A DNA stretch of 64,000 bases, taken from contig CAVWHO010000016.1 of the NCBI GenBank assembly GCA_963754875.1, positions 480,001 through 544,000 on the forward strand. Direction: 5' to 3'. Each line of letters starts with the position of its first letter. Within the stretch, counting starts at the first letter, position 1. Positions 1 through 8,608 of this stretch are shown here, piece by piece. The DNA comes from Nitrospirota bacterium. GTDB taxonomy: Bacteria > Nitrospirota > UBA9217. Under the pieces are notes generated by a model. The model saw nothing but the letters and a program-made list of their open reading frames with translations. It did not search any database and was not told where the DNA came from. Position numbers and translations under genes: made by a program.

Positions 1-1276
1 CAATGGCTTCATCGATAAGACCGTTAAAATATCCTCCTCCCCCTAAAAATGCCCCGATTGAAAAGTTGCCACTTATTGTACTGGGTGCCGTAATCGTTCC
101 GCTGTTCTCCTGTACACCGTCAACGTAGATCCTAACAATATTCGTGCCTGTACCTTCATATACTCCAACCACATAATGCCACTGACTGTCAGAGAGGACA
201 GATGTTCCGCTAATGCTACCGCTGTCAGTGCCGATCGCCGCTCTGTTCGTACTATCAATAAATAACTGGAAGTTCGAAGCTGAACCCGTGCCGTACTGGA
301 GAATGGATCTGTTCTGTGTTCCATTTCCTGTTTTGATCCAGGCAGAGACAGCCCGCGGAGAGTTGCCCAGAGGAAGGCTATAAGCAGTTCCATTTACAGA
401 CGCACCAACCCCGTCAAAGCTGCCGGCATTGATGCCCATACGGGCATCTGTGCTGAATATGGCACCGGTTGCCGTTCCATTATTGCCGTTGCCGGTAGCG
501 TCCGTCCAGTCACCGTCCATGTGCCAGAGTGCAGCGTAAAAACCAGCATCGTAAGATTTGCTTATCTCGTCAGCTGTCAGAGCGCGGTTATATACAGCCA
601 CCTCGTCGATCAAGCCGTTAAAATAGCCACCGTAGTATCCATATCCTATCGTTATCCTGTCTTGCCAGTTGAAATCCGAATGATCATAAGCATTTGAACC
701 AACTAGTTGTCCATCAATATAAGCAGTCTGCCCTACGCCGTTCGAGACAACAAGGGCCCAATGATGCCAAGCATTGTCAGCTACATATTTGTTCGTACAC
801 CACGCTGGTCCCTGCCATACGTAGATGCATGCATAACCGTTACTGTTGACGTACAAGTTTCTGTCTGACCCGTTAGAGCCTGAGAAACTTCCAGCGTTGA
901 CGCTAAATATTCCGCCCGGATTGCTCGTCTTTGCCCACGCTTCAATTGTAAAGTTGTGTGCGGGAACTGCCATCATCACTTGGACATAACCACTCACGCC
1001 GTTAAAATTGCCTGACTGACTGCCGACATGTGCATCTGTGCTGAACGTCGCGCTACTGGATGCCGTCCCATTGTGGCCGTTACCCGAGGCATCCGTCCAG
1101 TCACCGTCCATGTGCCAAAGACCGACAAGACTCGGATCCTGAGCCCCCATTGCCAGTGAGGGCTCTGTAAGCCGCATAATAAATAACGACGCAACCAAAA
1201 GGGCAGAGATAAAAATCCAATTTTCTTTTAGCTGTCTGCTTTTGTATGCTTTGTCACGCAATCGATAAACGTTCAT
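1..1276 (-). CDS. Secreted tandem LamG-like jellyroll (concanavalin A-like lectin/glucanase) domain protein, 3' end outside the window
   Basis: Manual translation from ATG 1276 (SD GAGAGGA upstream) stays open to base 1. Hydrophobic N-terminal segment, then two repeats each starting LWHMDGDWTDAxGNG and ending YFNGLIDE(V/A), with WHH/WHY...IDG/VDG motifs typical of LamG domains. Absent from the ORF track because no stop lies in the window. Confidence 0.85.
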   Translation of the reverse strand, partial: MNVYRLRDKAYKSRQLKENWIFISALLVASLFIMRLTEPSLAMGAQDPSLVGLWHMDGDWTDASGNGHNGTASSSATFSTDAHVGSQSGNFNGVSGYVQVMMAVPAHNFTIEAWAKTSNPGGIFSVNAGSFSGSNGSDRNLYVNSNGYACIYVWQGPAWCTNKYVADNAWHHWALVVSNGVGQTAYIDGQLVGSNAYDHSDFNWQDRITIGYGYYGGYFNGLIDEVAVYNRALTADEISKSYDAGFYAALWHMDGDWTDATGNGNNGTATGAIFSTDARMGINAGSFDGVGASVNGTAYSLPLGNSPRAVSAWIKTGNGTQNRSILQYGTGSASNFQLFIDSTNRAAIGTDSGSISGTSVLSDSQWHYVVGVYEGTGTNIVRIYVDGVQENSGTITAPSTISGNFSIGAFLGGGGYFNGLIDEAI

Positions 1277-1407
1277 CTCGTTCCTCTCAAGCTATACGAA
1301 TTGGACAACCTAAGGTCAAGATCGTCATGAAAATTACTAGGTATCAAACAATTTTACATTGAAAGATTAAGCGTTACAGAGTCTGTACGCAGATGTAACA
1401 ACTATAA

Positions 1408-1579
1408 TTTCCCAGTCGCCATCCATGCGTCAAAGACCCACGAGACTTGGATCTTGGACGGCAACAGCAGGTAATGGCGAGAGAAGCGGAAGAAGAATTA
1501 ACAGGATTAAAAGCGACATGGAAGACCAAAAGAAGTAATGAGGATTTCCATTAACAGTTTTGTCCCTTAGATAGAACAT
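1408..1579 (-). pseudogene. Truncated paralogous copy of the LamG protein N-terminus
   Basis: Translates MFYLRDK...signal-like...VQDPSLVGL*RMDGDW versus ...YRLRDK...AQDPSLVGLWHMDGDW in the intact gene. The Trp codon is TGA (1430-1432) and similarity stops a few codons later. Confidence 0.8.
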
Positions 1580-2406
1580 TTACATGTCCTTTTCCGTTGA
1601 AGCATTGGTTTCGTTTTTATACTAGAAAACCGAGTGAGGAGAGAAAGTGAAACTGTAGCGATACTTATTTGCTTGAATAAGCAGTATTCTGCAGCTAAAA
1701 ACTCATGCTCTGTGAATCATTTCCCGACTTTTGTTTGATGAGAGCGGGTAATTTTTAGCATTATATACAAAGAAAAGCAATCAGGGATTCCCTATATTTT
1801 GCTTCGTTTTTCCTGGGGGATACCAAACTCAAATTAAGGTCAATAAAAAATATCTAATCGACAGCGTTGACATATCCTAAAGATATCAAATGCTTAACTG
1901 AGTAAAATACTTTTCGTCTAGTGGATAAACCGAGGAACGGGGGGTGCTTAACCAATTTCTGGTAAAAACATTATTTTGTTTCCATATAGGTGTATTTTTT
2001 GTAAGACGATTTAATAAGGCGGGCTAGCTATTCTTAAGGGATGTCAAAAAAGTGTCGTGGTACTCGATGCAAATAAACAAATCCTTAAGATAAATTACAA
2101 TGAATACTACATGAAATATGCACTACCATTACGGTATCGCTCGTTGTAGACTACAGGAAGGACTTCTTGAGTTATTATGAATCGAAAAAATTACACATTC
2201 CTATTTGAATTTTTCTTCAAAAGCAAATGATACTGACTGTACTACAGCATTGAGTACCTTCCATTTAAAAAGTTTGTTCCGCACCTTCTATCATCGATGC
2301 CACAAGCGACGGTTCCGCGATAACTGGTCTGATAAAATCGAATGTCTTATCGATATTTCTATCCAAAAACTCTTCTTTGTCATTTAATCATACCCGTTGT
2401 AATGTC

Positions 2407-2441
2407 AAAAAAAAGGGCTGATCTCATTCGAAATCAGCCCT
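2407..2441 (-). terminator. Rho-independent terminator downstream of tmRNA
   Basis: AGGGCTGAT/ATCAGCCCT stem followed by a T run on the minus strand, about 70 bp 3' of tmRNA. Confidence 0.75.
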
Positions 2442-2513
2442 AAATCCAGCACAACTTTTTTGCAGCAAATTTACAAAACTAGTAAAAATATCCTTATTTT
2501 TCAACTACTTAAC

Positions 2514-2868
2514 TGGTGGAGGCGGCGGGAATTGAACCCGCGTCCGAAAACCTTCAGCCGGAAGCTCATACATGCTTATCCCCTCGTTTTAAGCTCTCGC
2601 CTCATCCAGCGCCTTGGGGAAAGCTTTGGAATCGGCCAGCCCGGTTTATCTTATCCTCCCGCCCCGGACGAAGTCGGGAAGACCAGCCTGGTTTGTGACG
2701 TCTCTGCGACTGTTCAGGCGCCGGCCGCGAAACGCGCTGACTAGTTAATTAGGCAGCGAGTGCCAGTTCGTTATTGGCAGTTCTATTTTGCCATGTGTTT
2801 TACGAGCCCCATGGCACCTCGGCATGCAACTCCCAACCTCTGTATCCCCGTCGAAGCCTGTCGCCCCC
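2514..2868 (-). ncRNA. ssrA: tmRNA (transfer-messenger RNA)
   Basis: 5' GGGGGCGACAGGCTTCGACGGGG, 3' GGGTTCAATTCCCGCCGCCTCCACCA (T-arm plus CCA), 355 nt. Tag reading frame at 2778-2749 encodes ANNELALAA*. Confidence 0.97.
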
Positions 2869-2880
2869 CTTCTTTAAAAA

Positions 2881-2972
2881 TAGTTCAAAGTTCAGGGTAC
2901 TGAGTTCATAGTAAAATCAACATCAAAGTCTCCGTTTTTCACTCTGAACTATGAACTGTGAACTCTGAACTA
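2881..2972. repeat. 7-nt-period imperfect inverted repeat (NAGTTCA)n...(TGAACTN)n
   Basis: Left arm tagttca aagttca gggtact gagttca tag; right arm ctctgaa ctatgaa ctgtgaa ctctgaa cta. Confidence 0.8.
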
Positions 2973-2984
2973 ATATATACTACC

Positions 2985-3308
2985 TTATTCCTTCGGTGAA
3001 TTCAACAGCCGTTGTGCGGCCTCTTCATCAACACCAATTACCTTGATGATCTTTTCTCTTCCCGTATGTCCGGAAACGATTTCCACCTGCGACCGGCCTA
3101 CGTCAAATGCATCGGCAAGAAACTTCACCAGCGCCTCGTTGGCCGCGCCGTCGACCGGCGGGGCCGTGAGCCTGATCTTGAGCCTGCCGTCGTCCATTCT
3201 CGTGATCTCGTTTTTCGACGCCCGGGGCTGGATCCGTACCGAGAGCGAGACCGACGTTTCCTCCGTTTTATTCCGGGGCTGGCTCTTCTTTGGCTTCACC
3301 GGCTTCAC
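2985..3308 (-). CDS. yggU: DUF167 (YggU/UPF0235) family protein
   Basis: VRIQPRASKNEI...LKIRLTAPPVDGAANEAL...IVSGHTGREK. The GTG start overlaps the divIVA stop (GTGA); canonical proC-yggT-divIVA-yggU context. Confidence 0.88.
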   Translation of the reverse strand: MKPVKPKKSQPRNKTEETSVSLSVRIQPRASKNEITRMDDGRLKIRLTAPPVDGAANEALVKFLADAFDVGRSQVEIVSGHTGREKIIKVIGVDEEAAQRLLNSPKE

Positions 3309-3771
3309 CGCCTGTCCCCTCGATAATTGATCATTTCCAGGTGCATCTCGATCACCTTCTTCATGTCCTGGAGAAAGTGGTGCTTGCGGCGCTTCAGTTC
3401 CTCGATCTCCGTCTCGAGCTCGAAATTTCTCCTGCTGGGCATTGTTGATGATCTGGTGGCTGCGGATCTCGGCGTCCTTGATGACGAGATTCGCCTCCTT
3501 CCTGGCGCCGTTCTTCAGCTCATCGATCAGTTTCTGCGTCATCAGCATCGTGTTCTTGACGGTCTCTTCCTTCTCGGCGAGCTCGCGGAGCCGTCTGATC
3601 GTAGGACTGGCGGAACTCCCGCAGCTCCGTCATCTCCCGCACAAGCGACTCCATTTCATCCCGCACGAGATCGAGAAACATTTCGACTTCCGTACGGTCG
3701 TAACCCCGGAAACCGATATGAAACCGCTTCTGCTGGATGTCGAGCGGCGTGACCTTTATCCCGTTAGTCAT
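3305..3771 (-). CDS. divIVA: DivIVA domain protein (two apparent +1 frameshifts near 3595 and 3423)
   Basis: VTPLDIQQKRFHIGFRGYDRTEVEMFLD N-terminal motif; the coiled coil continues in successive frames to ...MINYRGDRR*. Confidence 0.85.
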
Positions 3772-3812
3772 GGTATTGCCTGCCTCCCCGGCCATTGGAC
3801 ATGGCCGATTGC

Positions 3813-4112
3813 CTACCCCATGGAGCGTCCGATGCGTAACAGCGTGTTGATCAAAGCTATTCTCAAAAACATAATTATGAGAAACGCAATGATCGGAGAA
3901 ATATCAATTCCAATTTTATATGGTGGGAAAAGCTTCCTGAGTGGCCGGAGTATCGGCTCCGTCAGCTTTTGTAAAATCTGAACAATGGGATTGTAAGGAT
4001 CGGGATTTACCCATGAGAGGAGAGCCCTGATGGCTATAATCCACATGCTTGCCACTAACACCCAATCCAACACTTCTGCAATTCCGATAAGGATATTTCC
4101 AATTACGAACAT
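3813..4112 (-). CDS. yggT: YggT family membrane protein
   Basis: IRALLSWVNPDPYNPIVQILQKLTEPILRPLR...IDISPIIA; SD GGAGG before ATG 4112. Confidence 0.92.
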   Translation of the reverse strand: MFVIGNILIGIAEVLDWVLVASMWIIAIRALLSWVNPDPYNPIVQILQKLTEPILRPLRKLFPPYKIGIDISPIIAFLIIMFLRIALINTLLRIGRSMG

Positions 4113-4136
4113 CGTTCCTCCTGCAAACTCTAAATT

Positions 4137-4186
4137 AACCACAGAGACACTGGGAGACGGAGATTCTCTGTGCCTCTGTGGCGAAA
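4137..4186. repeat. 9-nt-type imperfect inverted repeat (ACCACAGAG.../...CTCTGTGG)
   Basis: aaccacagagacac...ctctgtgcctctgtggcgaaa between proC and yggT. Confidence 0.7.
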
Positions 4187-4196
4187 AACAGAGGTT

Positions 4197-5009
4197 TTAC
4201 TTTCCCAGTTCCTTGCTCCTCGCCGTTGCCGCCTCCACCGCGTTCATGAGCGTGGCCCGGAGTTTCCCCTTTTCAAGCGCGTGCAGCCCCTCGATCGTCG
4301 TACCGCCGGGAGAGGTCACCATGTCACGCAGCTTCCCGGGGTGTTCTTTCGTATCCAGCACCATTTTAGCCGAGCCGTACACGGTCTGCGCGGCAAGCTC
4401 GAGCGCCAGCTGGCGGGGAAGCCCTGCTTTGACGCCTGCATCGGATAAAGCGTCGATGATCATGAACACATACGCAGGGCCGCTTCCGGAGAGGCCGGTC
4501 ACCGCATCCATGAGTTTCTCTTCAACAACTACCGATCTGCCCACGGAATTAAATATGCTCTGCGCGAGCGAAAGGTCGTCACTCGTCGCGCCGGTGCCTG
4601 CAGCGAGTGCGGCCGCGCCCGCAAGAACGAGCGCGGGAGTATTCGGCATCACCCGTACAACGCGAGAACCTTTTTTGAGCACGTTCTCGATTTTGGCCAG
4701 GGGAACGCCTGCTGCAATGGATATGACGAGCTTATTGTCGTCAACAGCAGGAGCTATCTCCGCGAGGACCTTTTCAAGCACCTGTGGCTTGACGCTCAGT
4801 ATGATGATGCCTGCCTCGCGCACCGCATCGTTGTTCGTTTTATGAGTAATGATACCATAGCTCTTTCTGAGATGCTCAAGGCGGTCCGCTGAAACGTCGG
4901 CAGCCAGGACCTGCTCCGGCTTAGCCGTGCCCGATGCGAGCAATCCCTTGATGAGCGCTTCGGCCATGTTCCCGCTGCCCAGGAATGCGATTTTTTTATC
5001 GAGTGCCAT
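4197..5009 (-). CDS. proC: Pyrroline-5-carboxylate reductase
   Basis: GSGNMAEAL Rossmann motif, VRVMPNTP, GLSGSGPAY, VTSPGGTT. Confidence 0.97.
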   Translation of the reverse strand: MALDKKIAFLGSGNMAEALIKGLLASGTAKPEQVLAADVSADRLEHLRKSYGIITHKTNNDAVREAGIIILSVKPQVLEKVLAEIAPAVDDNKLVISIAAGVPLAKIENVLKKGSRVVRVMPNTPALVLAGAAALAAGTGATSDDLSLAQSIFNSVGRSVVVEEKLMDAVTGLSGSGPAYVFMIIDALSDAGVKAGLPRQLALELAAQTVYGSAKMVLDTKEHPGKLRDMVTSPGGTTIEGLHALEKGKLRATLMNAVEAATARSKELGK

Positions 5010-5032
5010 GAAGCCTCCAGTTCGTGAAGATC

Positions 5033-5172
5033 CGCCACGGAGACACGAAGAGCCAGAGAAAAACGGTCACTTCCAACGTCATTCTGCAGGGGTAATATGA
5101 AACAAGCATGGGACCCGGTACTGCAGGAATGACACTTACCATCACTACTCTGTGCTTTCGGTGCTCTGCGGC
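5033..5172. repeat. Nested inverted repeats: 9-nt-type arms enclosing a GTCATT...GCAG/CTGC...AATGAC palindrome
   Basis: Outer arms cgccacggagacacgaagagccagag (5033-5058) and ctctgtgctttcggtgctctgcggc (5148-5172). Inner arms gtcattctgcag (5078-5089) and ctgcaggaatgac (5121-5133). Confidence 0.65.
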
Positions 5173-5181
5173 ATGAAATTT

Positions 5182-5868
5182 CTATTTTCTCGCCCCGAAA
5201 ATCGCCGTGCCCACCCGCACCAGGGTTGCGCCCTCTTCCACGGCCGTTTCAAAGTCTCCGCTCATCCCCATCGAGAGTTCCTGCATCGACAGGCCGGGAA
5301 TGTTTTCTCGTGCAATGCTCGCGGCCAGTTCTCTCAGCTTCCGGAAATAAGGCCGCACGGCTTCGGGATCGTCCAGCAAAGGAGGAATGGTCATGAGACC
5401 TTTGATCGAAATATTTTTGAGCTTCGCTGCTTCTTGGACGAGGGCTGGTGCATCGTGTATTGCAACTCCGGCCTTGCTCGCCTCTCCCGCGATGCTCACC
5501 TCTATCAGGACAGCCAGCTTTTTATTGATTTTCGCTGCTTGTTTGTCAAGTTCCTTTGCAAGCTCCAGGCTGTCTACCGAATGAATCATATCAAAAAGCT
5601 TGACCGCATACTTGGCCTTGTTGGTCTGCAGGTGACCGATCAAGTGCCAGTGCGCAACAAGGCCGAGCTTCTCGATCTTCTCTTTCGCTTCCTGCACGCG
5701 GTTCTCGCCGAGGATCGTTGCATTCGCGGCAACGGCCTCCTGGATCCGTTCGGTGTCCACGGTTTTCGTGACCACAACCAGCTTGATTGAAGAAGGGTCG
5801 CGGCCCGAGCGCTCTGCTGCAGCTACGATCCGGCCCTGCACCGCCTTAAGATTCTCCGCTATCGACAT
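5182..5868 (-). CDS. yggS: Pyridoxal phosphate homeostasis protein (YggS/PipY family)
   Basis: [42 protein letters not shown]. Confidence 0.96.
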   Translation of the reverse strand: MSIAENLKAVQGRIVAAAERSGRDPSSIKLVVVTKTVDTERIQEAVAANATILGENRVQEAKEKIEKLGLVAHWHLIGHLQTNKAKYAVKLFDMIHSVDSLELAKELDKQAAKINKKLAVLIEVSIAGEASKAGVAIHDAPALVQEAAKLKNISIKGLMTIPPLLDDPEAVRPYFRKLRELAASIARENIPGLSMQELSMGMSGDFETAVEEGATLVRVGTAIFGARK

Positions 5869-5941
5869 AGGTTATATGGACCAAGGCAACCGTGTTGTCG
5901 TTCAGAGTTACGCCGACATGGTCGGCTCGGTCCAAACAGTT

Positions 5942-6715
5942 TTACGGTTTGATCATGATCGCCGACAGCATCCTGCCGGTCCTGCCCTCAGCGCGGAAGG
6001 AGTAGAATAAATCCCTGCGGCATGATGTGCAAAGCCCGAGTGCATGGATGTTCTGTTCCAGGAGACCCATCTTCAGCAGTTCCCGCGCATTCGCTTTCAC
6101 CAGGTCCAGGCCCCAGCGATCGTTGCCGCGCGGTAGTGCAATCTCTTGCCAGTGCGGAAATGCTTCTCGTACATGCCTCATGACGGGCTCATCAACTTCG
6201 TAACATTCCCGTCCGATCGCCGGACCGATTGCCGCAACTATCCGTTGGGGACAGGACCCGAATTCCACACCCATGCTGACCACGGTCTTGTCCACGAGCT
6301 TCCGAACCGTGCTCCGCCAGCCTGCATGAATCGCTGCTACTGCCGGTATTCCGGGATCGTACAGCAGCAGTGGCACGCAATCGGCCGTCTCCACGCCGAT
6401 CGCGATCCCCGGAGCGTCAGTGATCATGGCATCGGCTTCGATTGTCCCCGGCTTGATCGAATTGTCTATCAATCCCCGGGCATCGATCCGGACGATATGT
6501 TCCCCGTGGACCTGGTTTATTGTTATGAGTCTGTCCCGATTGATGCCGAAGGCATCTGCGACCGCGTTCCAGTCGCCCGGCAGTTTTATGCCGCTGTTCC
6601 GGGCACCGAGATTGTTCTTCCTCGTGGTGAAGGCATGGACGATCCCTTGCATGTCATCCAGCGCAGGTATTGTCAGGTACTGTCCGTTTCTTAATCCGTC
6701 TCTATCCGTGTTCAT
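5942..6715 (-). CDS. pgeF: Peptidoglycan editing factor PgeF / YfiH family purine nucleoside enzyme
   Basis: QVHG, TADCVP, HAGWRS, IGPAI, FYSFR motifs. Confidence 0.93.
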   Translation of the reverse strand: MNTDRDGLRNGQYLTIPALDDMQGIVHAFTTRKNNLGARNSGIKLPGDWNAVADAFGINRDRLITINQVHGEHIVRIDARGLIDNSIKPGTIEADAMITDAPGIAIGVETADCVPLLLYDPGIPAVAAIHAGWRSTVRKLVDKTVVSMGVEFGSCPQRIVAAIGPAIGRECYEVDEPVMRHVREAFPHWQEIALPRGNDRWGLDLVKANARELLKMGLLEQNIHALGLCTSCRRDLFYSFRAEGRTGRMLSAIMIKP

Positions 6716-6730
6716 CCTTGCCGAATCTGG

Positions 6731-8458
6731 TTATTTACACACGCCGCAGGTCCTGCACAAATCGACCCTGCAGGGCGGCGTGAACTTGCCTTCGAGCGCG
6801 CGTTCGTATTCATTTCTAAGATATTCTTTTCTCACACCGATGTCAATAAAATCCCAGGGAAGAGCTTCGCTGAATGCACGTTTGCGATAGACATAGAACT
6901 CCGTCGCCATGCCGGTTTCCTTCGCTGCCTTCTTCCAATCCCCACCGTTTGCATGAGCGGCCATTAGCAGCGCTCCGACACGCCGGTCTCCGCGCGAGAG
7001 CAGGGCCTGGACATACTCCCATTTCGGCAGATCGTGGATGATGTTCATGTTGCCGATCTTCCTGACAGTTTTTTCGAGATACCGCTGTTTCCTGTTCAGG
7101 CTTTCTATCGCTTCCATCGGCTCCCACTGGAACGGGGTAAACGGTTTCGGCACAAAAGAGTTCACGGAGAGCGTGATGCGGCCGATCCTGCCCTGCGGCC
7201 GGGCGTGCTTAAGCTGGATTTCGCGCACGTTCCCGGCAAGGGCGATGATGGCGTCGACGTCCTCCTGCGTCTCCGTGGGCAGGCCGATGATGAAGTAGAG
7301 CTTGAGGTTGGGAATGCCGCTTCCGAATACCATGTCAGCGGCGCGAAAAATGTCCTCTTCCGTAACTCCTTTATTGATGACCTTCCGGAGCCGCTCGGAG
7401 CCTGCCTCAGGCGCGATCGCGATGGTCTTATGCCCGCTTTTTGCCAGACGGGCGATCAGCTCCCTGCTTATGGAGTCGGCCCGGAGCGAGGAGACCGACA
7501 GGCCGCCTTCTATAGCCGCACAGAGCGCACCGATGTCGGGATAGTCCGATATCGCGGCGCCGACAAGCCCGATCTTCCCGCACAGGTCGACGGCTTTCCC
7601 TGCCTGCGCCTCTGCCTGCTCGATGCTGAGATTGCGCGGCGGGAGATAGATGTATCCTGCCATGCAAAACCGGCAGTGCCTGCCGCAGCCCCGGGTTATT
7701 TCTGAAAGGTACATGTTGCTGAACTCGGTATTCGGCGTGAAGATCACCGTCGCAGCAGGAGTTCTGTTGAAATCCGCGGCAACTCGTTTGACGATGCGCT
7801 CCGAGGCCGCTTGCTCGAGGATTGTTCTCTCTTTGATCGTTCCGTCTTCCTTATAGAAAACATCATAAAGCTCCGGTACATATACCCCGGGAATCCTGCA
7901 GAGGGCAATGAGCAGCTCACGCCTGCCTTTTGCACGGTTTGCCTTATAGCTCTCGATGAACTCGCCGGCAACATCCTCTCCTTCGCCGACAATGATGCAA
8001 TCAAAAAAATCCGCGAGCGGCTCGGGATTGAAGAATGAGCAAATGCCTCCAAGGATCACCAGCGGGTCGTCCTCGGTCCTCTCGTGCTTCTTCTGAGGGA
8101 TGTGGGCAAGCCGGAGCATTTCCAGGATATTCAGATAATCCTGTTCAAAAGAAACGGAAAATGCCAGGACGTCGAACTCTTTCACCTGCCTTTTGCTCTC
8201 CATGGTGAACAGCTGCGTATTCGAGCCGGCATATTCCCCGAGATCTTCATCATCGGGCAAAAAAACCCTCTCGCACACCGTGTCCTGCCGGCTGTTCAGG
8301 ATTTTGTAGATCTGGTGCACTCCGAGGTTCGACATGCCGACGTGGTAAACGTTCGGATACGCAAGCGCCACAGCCACTTCCGCACCCTGCGGCTTATACA
8401 CGGTCCCGCGTTCTGCGGAAAGCAGCGCTTCGGTTTTTTCTTTCAGCTTCCGTGACAT
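6731..8458 (-). CDS. Radical SAM protein with B12-binding-like N-terminal region (TIGR03960-like)
   Basis: YPNVYHVGMSNLG, EITRGCGRHCRFC (CxxxCxxC), APEAGSERLR, FVPKPFTPFQW, C-terminal C-x4-C-x2-C-x2-C. Confidence 0.85.
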   Translation of the reverse strand: MSRKLKEKTEALLSAERGTVYKPQGAEVAVALAYPNVYHVGMSNLGVHQIYKILNSRQDTVCERVFLPDDEDLGEYAGSNTQLFTMESKRQVKEFDVLAFSVSFEQDYLNILEMLRLAHIPQKKHERTEDDPLVILGGICSFFNPEPLADFFDCIIVGEGEDVAGEFIESYKANRAKGRRELLIALCRIPGVYVPELYDVFYKEDGTIKERTILEQAASERIVKRVAADFNRTPAATVIFTPNTEFSNMYLSEITRGCGRHCRFCMAGYIYLPPRNLSIEQAEAQAGKAVDLCGKIGLVGAAISDYPDIGALCAAIEGGLSVSSLRADSISRELIARLAKSGHKTIAIAPEAGSERLRKVINKGVTEEDIFRAADMVFGSGIPNLKLYFIIGLPTETQEDVDAIIALAGNVREIQLKHARPQGRIGRITLSVNSFVPKPFTPFQWEPMEAIESLNRKQRYLEKTVRKIGNMNIIHDLPKWEYVQALLSRGDRRVGALLMAAHANGGDWKKAAKETGMATEFYVYRKRAFSEALPWDFIDIGVRKEYLRNEYERALEGKFTPPCRVDLCRTCGVCK

Positions 8459-8608
8459 GAGGGGATTATACTATTCTTCCCGGCGCGGGGCAAAGCAAAT
8501 AACGTTCTGGCATGGACGCTCGTGGTAATAGGTCGTCAACACAGCATTGTGCATCCGGGGAAAAATCGTCGGGTGGGAGGAGAAAAGGAGGACGTGAACC
8601 TAAAGGCT

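Noticed and set aside
1430..1432. In-frame TGA as selenocysteine or recoded Trp
   Set aside because: It aligns to Trp rather than Cys, homology ends a few codons later, and TGA is a normal stop elsewhere in the window.
2460..2744. ORFs overlapping tmRNA on the + strand
   Set aside because: Antisense to a clear tmRNA; no protein features.
2985..3548. Apparent DivIVA-DUF167 fusion ORF (187 aa)
   Set aside because: Artefact of the frameshifts in divIVA. The repaired divIVA stops at 3305 and yggU has its own overlapping GTG start.
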